Origin: Saccostrea cucullata
Lineage: Eukaryota
DNA length: 64,000 nt
Assembly: GCF_032062105.1 (NCBI RefSeq)
Contig: NW_026919405.1
Span: 62,001-126,000 of the forward strand
Direction: 5' to 3'
Shown here: piece after piece, positions 53,245 through 64,000 of the stretch
Position numbering within the stretch: position 1 is the first letter of the stretch
Layout of the letters: the number at the start of each line of letters is the position of its first letter
Program-made: the position numbers and the translations under genes
The notes under the pieces: generated by a model
Database searches by the model: none
Seen by the model: the letters and a program-made list of their open reading frames with translations, nothing else
What the model was told of the DNA's origin: nothing

Positions 53245-56200
53245 CAATTTTTTTCTGCATGGTGGTGTGAGCATTGCGATCATAGCTGTGTTATTTATAT
53301 AGAACTGTAGTGAAGCAATTCGCGAGCATGAACAAAAATTATTGTTTATTGATTGTTTTATTTATATATAACTATTGCAATAGTTTTTGCATATTCAATT
53401 TGTAAATAAGTTTTGAGTCTGAGTAATGTAGTGTTTTGTTTTATTTTCAGTGACTGAGAACAAACATGAAATTTTACGTTGTGTGACTTTCGTTCACAAA
53501 ATGTGAAAGTAGAAAAAATATATATCTATAGTTTCTTTTTTATATGAATACATAAAAGTAACTTCATTAATGATATGATAAGTTCTTGTTTTTTTTCAAA
53601 GAGTTAGCGTTTTTGATACGTTGCTTGTAAAGTTTTTGTGGATTGCGCATGTGTAGCGTAGTTTGGAGTGACATGCTGCATTTTGCACGGAAGGATAGTT
53701 TTCATTATGAAATATTTCATAAATTGAAAATAAGCCGAAAAGGTATTTTTATATAGAAGAACGTATATGTCATTCCAGTGTGGATGATATACCGGGATAT
53801 GACATTTCCAGCAATGGTTGGACTTTCAAGTATTGCTGTCAGAACATTGAAATGAGGTCAGACATCTCTTAATCGTAGAAAATTGACGATGCACAGATAG
53901 AACTAAAGAAAGGTTACCATATGATACTTTTTATTGTATGCTACCACTGTTTGCCGGTGTTTGGCTATAAAGAATGACGTTGATAAAAGAAGAATGTCTC
54001 TGACAAACCAGTGAAATAAGAAAGACTTTGCACTCACCATTTTTAAGTTATACTAAAGATTTTCAAAAGCAGGTCAAACTCAAAGGTCTTGGATCAAAAC
54101 TGGTGGTTTTCAAATTTGTTTGTTTGTTACAAAGTACATAACATATTTGTACACAGGCGCGTAGCATCGTTTTTGAAAGTGGGAGGCCAGCCAGAGAAAA
54201 TTTTCTTTTTTACTAACCTGAAAAAGTTGAGAAGCAACAAAAAAAAAAAAATTCAAAATCTTAGGTCACGGAGCATAAAAATAACCACTCTTCTGTATCA
54301 GTTACTACTTTTACTCTGTGTTTTACTTTAAAAATAAGAATCGTCTTTTAGTGAAAGGAGGAGGGTGTTAAAGAGTACATAAAGATATGGTCTATATATA
54401 TGATAACATAGATATCAAAATGGTAACAAAGAAATAAGGTAGAACGCCATTGTTACGGTATAGTTTCAATTTTCGTTTATAAAACATCTTTAAAAAATTC
54501 CTTATTACAGTATATATTCTTATGATCGCAGATTCCGACGGTTGTAGTTAGCAATTTTCTCCAGAATATTGAGAATACTTATTCTTCTTCTAGATCAAAG
54601 CGTACAAGGTTTTCAGTGCGATTAGAAAACTTGTTGAATGACGAAAACCGCAGAATGAGAGACTATTTAACCACTAGATTGATAGCATCACAGAACCGAC
54701 ATTACATGCTGCATTGAGTTACACCCAGAGCAAGCTAGGATACACTGTAATTGGTCCTTAATCAAAGAGACGTAACCCAGATTCCACCATAAAACACAAC
54801 AAAGCTAATTTCTGGAGTAATGTTTTGTGACAAACAAAATTAGACGCAATTTGTATTGACGTTTATAACCTAAGAATAATCCTGTTTTCTTTCATAATTC
54901 CAAAAGAAAAAACGGAAATCGGTGACCTCGTGTCTGACATAATAACTCGGGACTTTTTTGTTACGCCATCTTTGTAACATCCGAAGTCTGATTGAGATGG
55001 CGGTATTATATGACAGTGATGGATACATTGATATGATAGTAATTTGTTCGTGTTCATTGTAAGCCAAACAATTAAATATAAGGAATCACACCGTCTGGAA
55101 GAAAGTTGTATTTTTCGAGACGAGACAACTTCGAGTTATCGACATTCATTTTCGTTAATCTGATTTATGACAGGAACTGCTCATCGTATCTCGGATAGTT
55201 ATGCTGTTATTGATTGGGAAGTGTGTGTCATAACATTTTATACTTAGACTAATTTGACACAGAGGATACTTATGTTTTAGGGCGGAATTATGATCGACTT
55301 CACTACTTTGGTCCACTCTTACTACAGTACAATGTACTCTTTTTCAATGTAATATTGACTGTTTCAATTTACTAAGGAGAGGGTTTAATAATAATGTGGA
55401 ATAGTTGATAATCTCTTACATTGTTTGTTTCTTTTATAATACGAAAACTATTTTTTAAAACTTGACATAAAAAGGAGTAGATCGTTATTTTTTTTTTAAA
55501 TGTCCCTCGTAAAAGATTAAGGATGCTCTCTCTCTCTGTCTCTCTGAAAAAAAAAAACAAAATGTATGATTAGCTATGGATATGTATACTCACCGTCAAT
55601 GGAAACGCAACACCCTAAATTTAGGATGAAAATTATATACAGGTTATAACTATGTACCAAAAAAGTTAGGACATCTTTTACTTTGCCAAATCAGTAATTT
55701 AACGCTTGAATGAATTTCTTTCCATTACCGGAAGTTGCTTTTTAGCCCTCTTAACAGAATTCAAAATTTTCCATTTTTAATAAAATTTTTAACAATATTT
55801 TGGGTTTTCAAGGCTTTGAAACTGTTAATCATAAGTATTGTTCTAAAAGGCCAGGAAAAAAATCTTTCTTTCTTTACCAAATGTGATGCCTTCATTTCCT
55901 CAAAATGACTGATTTTCATTGCTAATGCTAGAAATTCTCAAAATAAAGAAAAAAAGAGATGTAGATGCAAATATACACTATATAACAACTCATCAGGTTC
56001 ATGTGTTTCAATAGCATAAATGGCAGTTTCTTGACCGGAAGTCAAAAAGTTGCTACACTACGCAAGGTTAGAGAAAATTCGACCGCAATATCTGAAAAAC
56101 TTGTATTTAAAAATGCCCAAGAATATTAATTTCGCTTAGATTAAGACATTAATAAACTTAATGCATGGTAGAAATCGGGCTGCATTTGTTGTATATGGCG

Positions 56201-59126
56201 GTGAGTATATATTCTTTTAAATTTTCTTTGTTTAGCCCAATGGAGAATGTTACATACTTTTGACTTGGCTTGCTGGTTTGTATCCATCTAGTAGACTAAA
56301 CTTTGGAGCAAGTGATGAAGTTAAAAAAAAGGTCGGAGACCGCATCGATTTGAATTTCTCATTTTTAACAAAACATCTTACTAACCTACTCGTTGTTTAT
56401 GTGTTCTGTGTGTTTGTTTGCCTCGTTAGTTTTTTGTTTGTGTGTGAGGGTGAAGGAGTAAGGGTGTGTTGCTGTGTGTCTTAAGTTCTGTGTTGTAACT
56501 TATATAAATGATATTGGTGATGTTACACATATGACAAATAAAGTGCAAATTAAGATATAGAAGTGTGACCTGCACCCTCTAATGAGGGACGAGAATACAT
56601 TTCTTGCAAAAGTGAAAAAAAAAATTTAATTCATATATAAATTCGCGAAAAAGATTAAAATGAAAATAGCCATTAAACCTCTCTCTCTCTCTCTCAGCTC
56701 ACACACACACACAATACTATATAGTATATTGACATCCATGAATTTACAGCATGAATTATTCAATTAGAATGAAACTTTTTTTCCTTAGTCCCTGCTTTGT
56801 AGATATCGATAAGTTCATGTATCGATTAGTAAATAAGGTGTACTGTACTTGAGAATGACCCCTCTTCTTCATTTTTTCTAGGCTCCAAAAACATCGGAAT
56901 CTTGACAGGGAAAACGACTAGGTATTTTGTTATCCAGTGAAGATTGAGAGAAGAGGCAAAGATTTCTACAAATAATTATACCTCAAAAAAAATCATTACT
57001 TGTATCGTGACATAATATTACTCATTCAATAGCGCGTCGCATAATTGACTGACTTTTATACAGAGTTGATGAGAACGGAACACGCCCTTTTCGTGTTTTT
57101 TTAGGACCCCCCCCCCCCTGATGTGGGGTCACGTCACTTTCAATTTATAATTCCTAAAAATCGTTGAAATATTCATACATTCAATCAGGAATCTTATCGA
57201 ATTTACGATGAGTTTAATGTGGCTAAAAAATGCAGTTTTAAAAATTGGGAGAATGAAGTTTTTAATTTGAACATTGCATTTACTGGACTACAATTAGAGT
57301 CCGAAAAAAGTTTACTATTCATTGTTTGAAAATTGAGTCCTTGTGTTACAGATGTTTATATATTTCTTAAAATAAGAAACATAATTTATCTTACTTTCAT
57401 TTCATTTTTTTTTTTTCTTTTCTCCCTTCTATTTTCAACTGACATCTTATATTTTTCTCCGAGTTTTATGTATTATGGTGACTTTTAGTAAGATTTTTAT
57501 AATGAGACAATTCCATGTGAACTAATTTACACTTCGATTTTTTAATTCAAGGTTGTTACGCGTGTAAAATAATAACGCACCTGCAACTAAGTATGGAGTT
57601 TTTCAGTCTCTGACAAGAGAATCGATTATTATAGTTTTAAAAGAAAAATCTGCAATAAATATAGATAAAATACTTCTTTGTGTTTGGTTATTTTTACGAT
57701 GACAATGTGTTTTTCTAGAATAAAATTTCAGAAAAATCTTTGTACATATGTGTGTGTAACAGAGGTTCACTCAATGATCATCTCAGACGTGTCATTTTAA
57801 TTAGGAAAAATCAGTTAATCACTCCGTCTGTCGCCTGTTCTCATTAATGCTCTTGGGGTGTCAATCCCATTAACAGAACGTCACCGACTAAATTTTATAT
57901 ACACAGACAAAAGAAATCATATGAGGTCTGTTTGAAATAATCTCTGTTACAAGTAGAATTCACAGTATTCATGAAAAAAAAAATGTAGAATTTACCCAGA
58001 TTAAAAATTTACACTATGTTTTATTTAATATATGTTTTGTATCCAATGTTCGCCCATAACATAAGTTGAATGTTTGCAATTTCGTTGTTCTTGGTTTCCC
58101 ATCGTTTTATACTTTGAATGACTTTGTTTATATATAATTGAATTAAATGAATTGCGAAGAATTTTTATTTGGAATATTTTTTTAAAAAATATTATATACA
58201 TGTATGTATCCCAAACATTTTTTTAATGATTTTGTCTTTTTTTTCAACTGAACTAAAGTTAAGTTTTTCTTTTTAAGTTTGAATATTACGATTTCCTCAT
58301 CTATTGTTTTTCAAAAGAAATATTTAGCTTAGAGACATTATTTATTGGGAGTACAATGTATGTTTAACATAATATTCTTATATAAATAAATTTGCACAAA
58401 CTATTTTAAGAAATCGGTTTGGTTCAATTATGTTGAACAACATTTAAACAAGTCATCCATAATCCTGTATTGTAACAAAATAGTGGCAATTTCACATCTT
58501 TCATAAATCGGCCATTGTTCGAACTCCGTGGTCGATCGGTCTCGCTTCAGAAGCGAGGTCGTCGGTGAGTTACCAACGATGTAAATCTTGATGCACTTCT
58601 TGGAGAATGTTCGACAACTCTACGAGAGAAAAATGGCATGCTTTCACTTTTAATATGAATAAAATTTGTATACATTCATACATTATACAAAAGAAATCGA
58701 TTATTCATTTTAACAATTATCGTGTCTTTTTGGACCATCATTGTTTTGCAATAGTTAGACTTTTGAAATTAAATATTTATATATATATACATCTTGTACA
58801 TGTAGAAATTTTGATTAGTTTTCTTTGTACACCTTCTTTCTGCAATTTTTCATATTACTGTAAAACTAAGCCTAGTCCTAAAACTCGTCTTCTTTCATTA
58901 AGATTTGTTCTGTATTTGAAATTACAAATAGTTATGCTTGAAGTAAATAAAATAAAGGAAGTAAAACCACAACATATTTCAGATTTTTATAAAATATATT
59001 TATTCACATTTGGCACATAAAACACGCTTGTGATTAGCAAATATCACACATAAGTTCTCTCAACAGAGTTCAGAAATTAGCAAATATCACACACAAGTAA
59101 TGTTCAGAAATAAATAAATTAAATGT

Positions 59127-59910
59127 TCAAACACCACTCTTCTCCTGCCCTCGTGGGATCTGTCCTAGTTTTGGTGATGGAAGATTTGGCGAGAGGCTCA
59201 TGTACGGGACCGGATGTGGATACGACTGTCTCTGTAAGTAGGCAGGGCTGACAGGAAATGACGCGTGGTGAGGAAGCACTGCTGGAAAATGTCCCGGAGA
59301 TGACGTCATAGGATACTGAGGGGAATGATGTGTGAATCCAGGAAGTTGTGCGAAGTTTGTGGCACTCATGTTGTATGGTGGCGGGCAGGGCAGGCCAAGA
59401 GCGGTCAGTTGGGAGACATCCACGCCACCTGTTGGCAAGCTGAATGTCCGTGCGTGTTCGTCGTCCCTCTTCTGTCTCTTTTCCTTCATACGTCTGTTCT
59501 GGAACCAAGTCTTGACCTAAAAGCATAATAAAAATATAAATACTATATCATATGAATAAAAAATTAATTATTATGTTTTTTTATGATCAAAATATTTTTA
59601 AATGTTATACTAGTATTTTTTTTTATGTAATATTATGAATTTTGTAGAGAAAATGAACTTTTGAAATAATCAGAACATTTTGGTTCATTCATTATAAGAG
59701 AATACGTTACCTGCTGATCTGAGAGGCCTAGTTTCTCTGCTAAGGCTTGGCGCTCGTTGGCGGGTAGGTATTTCTGAAACTGGTATCTCTTTTCAAGGTC
59801 GTTAATCTGTTCTGTAGAAAATGCTGTGCGGGCTTTCTTCCTTTTGTGCAGATCGTCACTATCATCGAGATCTAAAATAAATATAGAAAATTATTTTTAA
59901 AATGCAAAAA

Positions 59911-59944
<34 letters not shown>

Positions 59945-60466
59945 TAATTTTAAAAAAAAATTTTCTAAAAAAAAATTTGTAACAAAATTTTATAATATTA
60001 TCAAATTAAATAATCTTATACTCAATAGTATGGGTTCATTTTAATGTATAGTTTCCAAAGGTTTTTGTTTTATACCTGAAATATAGGAACAGTTGCTGGA
60101 TGAGTTGCTAGCCTCGCTGATGTGACGAAATCGATCTGGGGAGGGACTCTCTACCCCGGAGTCGCACGAATCCTCCCGCTTCCTCTTTACAGATGAATTT
60201 GTTGGCGAGATCAGAGGCAACTTTAGAGGATAACCGTTTCCCATGGTATGTGGCGACACAGTTTTTGTATTTGTAAACCTCTCTGGAGTTAAAAAAGGTG
60301 AACCAATCAAGTCCGATCTCTTTATAGGCTGAAAAACAACATCTGAAACAATCTTTGGGGACACGAATTGTTGAACTTTCACCTCCTCTTTCTCCTCATC
60401 ATGACTGCTTCTGGCCAGGAACTCAATCGAAAACGAGGCCCTCTTCGGTTTGGATTCGGACAACAT
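59127..60466 (-). CDS. ANTP-class NK-like (Vent/BarH-type) homeobox transcription factor with EH1 motif, 3 exons, 313 aa
   Basis: Exons 60466-60076, 59871-59711, 59516-59127 (942 nt). EH1 SFSIEFL; homeodomain RKKARTAFSTEQINDLEKRYQFQKYLPANERQALAEKLGLSDQQ|VKTWFQNRRMKEKRQ; Pro-rich C-terminus. Confidence 0.92.
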
Positions 60467-63021
60467 TGTTCGATTTGTATTTCTTGTAAATCCCAAATAT
60501 ATTTTTAAATGTGTGCTTTTCAATGTTAGCTCAGTGAATGACAGTGAAGGAATGATCTGCTCTTGGTCTGAGATGTTATTAAATACCCGGGATTTTAATT
60601 TGTTTAATTACTTCCGTAACTTCGTTCATCCCCCAATTGACACTTAATCCTATTGTTAATCTTCAATGCTGTCTTAATGAGTGGAAAGTATCACCCTTTG
60701 TTTAATTTGGCTTGGCTAAAAGGCTGCTTAAACAAACACAAGCCGTGTTTGTCCTATAATGGATAATTACCACGGCCCGTTGATTTTGGCCTTTTTCTGC
60801 AATTGACGGTGATTAAGCTAATTTTTCTACACTGTTGTTGTGTAAACAACTTGCTAATCGGTGTTACAATGGGTTCACACTTCTCGTCTTCGATTCCGTT
60901 TGAAGTAGCTGATCACGGATTGTTAAGCAAGCCACAAGATTTCAATTATAACTGCTTCATACAATAGATATAATTTACAGGTTTTGAACCATTAGAGCAA
61001 AATTATCACATTTTTTCTTAAATCCATAAGAAATTTGTCAAATCTTGTAAAAACTATGTTTATCGAGGTCTATCGATTATTGACTTCACATTCCAAAAAT
61101 AAAAAGGAAGAACTATAATTTAACAGATAGACGATAAATATTTTCAAATTAAAAAAAGGTTTAGTTAAAAAAAAGCTTATCAGTGGCATTTGTTAGCTCA
61201 TTTAAAAAAAAAAATTAAATTGGATTTTTCTCAAAGCTTGTGAGACATATTAAATGTTAGATAATTCATTTTCATACAGATCAAATTTTTATTTTTAAAT
61301 GAATAAAATTAATTTTATTTTCTTCAATTTCAAAATTTAAACTTACAAAGGAAAATTATGAAATCAAAGAAAATATACATACATTTAGTTCCTATTTTAA
61401 CCCCTCTCCCCCTCTCGATCATTTTAGTAATAAGTATCATGCACATTAAGCATTATTTTCAAAATTAGATTTTTTGCAAAGAATTGAAATTCTTTACTTT
61501 TTTTATTTTTAAATTTATTTTACTTAAATATTTTATTGATTTTGAAAATATTCTTTTATCTTAAAATAACAGTTTTTCAACATTATATACTCTGAAAATA
61601 ATTAGTTGAATTTGGTATTCAAATATATGCATAGTTTGAATAACACACGGTAAGTATATAAATTCATATATTTTCTCTATAAGTAAGTAAGTAATCATTT
61701 ATTGTAGTGACATTGTGCATTATGGACATTTCAATATACATTGTAAACAAAATACGTCAAACAGAATCTGTACCCGGTCCACTGGATCGATAAGTCACTT
61801 TTTTCATTAATAACATTTATATCAATTTACAGAATATCAATTCTTTGTCTCTAGCTACAAATGTACATGTATACACAAAAATAACTCAAAGATTTAATTA
61901 ATGTGTTTGATGCTTATACATCTGATGGTATAGATTTTGCATTGTATTTTTTTCTTTTAGATATTTTATTAATTTTTTGATTTTTTAAATTCGTTTTACG
62001 CTGTAATATACGTATTTTTAATTAGTTTTTTGAGGTAGATTTCAAGAAATCCCTGAATTATAATCATTGCTTCAAAGAAATCTTAATTAAAATAATTCAG
62101 TTAATTCCTCAACTGTCTTCATACCTTGTTTATCGGATGATAAATTCTTTAATGAGTTTAAAATTACACTTGATTAAACACCCAACAAGATTATAAAACA
62201 TCAAAGAAGCTAAGCCAATTGTGCTAATGTCTTTACGCGGAGTTAACAATCGTGTCAATTAGTTGCTAATCATATGTCAATTATTCAACAAAAATTTCTC
62301 ACCTTTCACCTTAATAAAGTGATAAAACAGCTTTTTAAAAAACCTTAAACCAATAGCACGTAAACTTGAAAATAAATAAAATGTAGCGCAACCATTCAAC
62401 ACATAGAATGTCAGATAAAGGGGGATAATCTGTAACAAAGGGGAGACAATTAGTCTAAATCTGATAGGAACCTGTTTATTGATTTAGTTCTGAAAATATT
62501 AAATCACGTTAGTCAATAAACTTGAGTAAAACCTCCAGTATGCGACTTTGACCCGCGAGTAGAAGTGTGAGAAACAAACAGTAGGTGTATTATTGTAATA
62601 AAAACACGATCAAGTGACATCAGATGTTTTATTGTTGACTCTGATTATATATTGGCTTGTGTGTGTGAAGAAGAGGGGGTGAGGGAGGGAGGGGGCATGA
62701 TTCAATCACTGTCATTCTCTTTTAAAAACAACACAGTTTATTTGACAAAAATATTCTCATTTAGAAAAAATAGACAGAATTCTTCAAATATTAATTACTG
62801 CATAACAGCGATGATTTTTATAAATAAATCCGATAGCAATAATCAAATCGACTGTTCAAAAAACAATAATAGCATATTGTTTTTTATTGTCAGTTGATTG
62901 CCAAATTATTAGGGTTTATCTCATTAAACCGGAACCCTGTGTTTAGGATTTCATATGGGAAAAAATATTAAATTTTCTTCGGATAAATCAGATTCTAGTT
63001 GTTAATGGGGTTTTCCCCCTT

Positions 63022-63590
63022 AAATTTGGCTGCATTTCATTTCCGGAAATTTAGGTAATTATCAATTTTTCATTTCCGACATTTTTTTGTTTTCATTTCC
63101 GACATTTTTTTGTTTTCATTTCCGACATTTTTCATATACCGGTACATATGTAGTACCTATAGATTTAATAGCTTTACTTATGAAAAATTTAAAGGAATAA
63201 ATCATAAATAAATCATTTAATTCTAATTTTGTAAATTAATCTGTCAGTGACTTGGACATAAGTATGATGCTGTCACTGACATTTAATTTAGTGCACATTA
63301 AACGTGTTGAAAATTATTTATACTCATTGAACTCTTTTACCTAGACTTGGTGCTACATGTATGCATATATTATGCATAGATGATTTTATTATTTTTATTA
63401 ATATTTTGGTATAAATACTTTCAAAATTCCATTTTCTTTTACTTAGAAAACATTGAATTGTCGCACGGGTAAATTCCGGAAATGAAAAAGAAATTATGTC
63501 GGAAATGAAAACAAAAAATGTCGGAAATGAAATAAAAAAAAATGTCGGAAATGCTATGCATATTTCCGGAAATGAAATGCAGCGAAATTT
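63022..63590. mobile_element. MITE with subterminal tandem repeats
   Basis: TIR aaatttggctgcatttcatttccggaaat / atttccggaaatgaaatgcagcgaaattt; (tttcatttccgaca)x3 mirrored by (tgtcggaaatg)x3. Confidence 0.8.
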
Positions 63591-64000
63591 GTCCATGCCG
63601 AACTTGCGTCTGTGGGTGGGGCGGGGGAAGGTTTTTTGTTTTGTTTTGTTTTTTTGTTAATAATTTTGTTTGAAAAAAAAAAACGGCTTAAGTAAAATAA
63701 GTCTAGATAAAATTTATAAATTTTTTCGCCTGAAAATCACATATTTTGACCAATAATTTAAAACCTTTTCTTTCGTTTTTTTTTTAAAGTACTCAATAAT
63801 TGTTACTGATTAGCACTTAAGTCGTTAAAATCTTGATTTAAGGAAAGGTTTTTATTGCTTACTAAGTATTTATTTTTTTTACACCCCCGAATATGTTACT
63901 TTTTAGTGCAAAAAGGTCACGCAATAACCTATGCGCATTGATTTGCAGGATTTGTTCAATGATAAATATTATTCAAACTATATTTATCACCATGGTAACA

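Noticed and set aside
59034-59110. Short tandem duplication in the homeobox 3' UTR (and 36746-36792 intergenic)
   Set aside because: Not at splice junctions. Recorded as evidence of a background rate of small tandem duplications, which is the null model for the main finding.
60467-60523. N-terminal extension MKSTHLK... of the homeobox ORF
   Set aside because: It begins at TTG; the first ATG (60466) sits just before the EH1 motif as expected.

Overview
AT-rich, intron-containing eukaryotic DNA. The repeat families suggest a bivalve mollusc, probably an oyster (inference). Six protein-coding genes could be assembled by hand across splice sites: DPCD (+), a 287-aa highly divergent 7-TM rhodopsin-like orphan receptor (-), ZNHIT1 (+, with a U12-type AT-AC intron), a METTL27/WBSCR27-like methyltransferase (+), a tincar-like multipass membrane protein (+) and an EH1-containing NK-like (Vent-type) homeobox gene (-). 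Mobile DNA includes a 5'-truncated CR1/L2-group LINE, a decayed restriction-like-endonuclease (HERO-type) retrotransposon, tRNA-derived SINEs, Penelope-like remnants, hAT/Kolobok/mariner-type MITEs and a Helentron-type element. The three most notable observations are: (1) four independent tandem duplications that span exon-intron junctions in three genes, one expanded to about 27 copies; (2) a non-circularly permuted hammerhead-ribozyme-like motif in the retrotransposon 3' UTR; (3) the cryptic GPCR-like gene. All calls are by eye; no database search was run.
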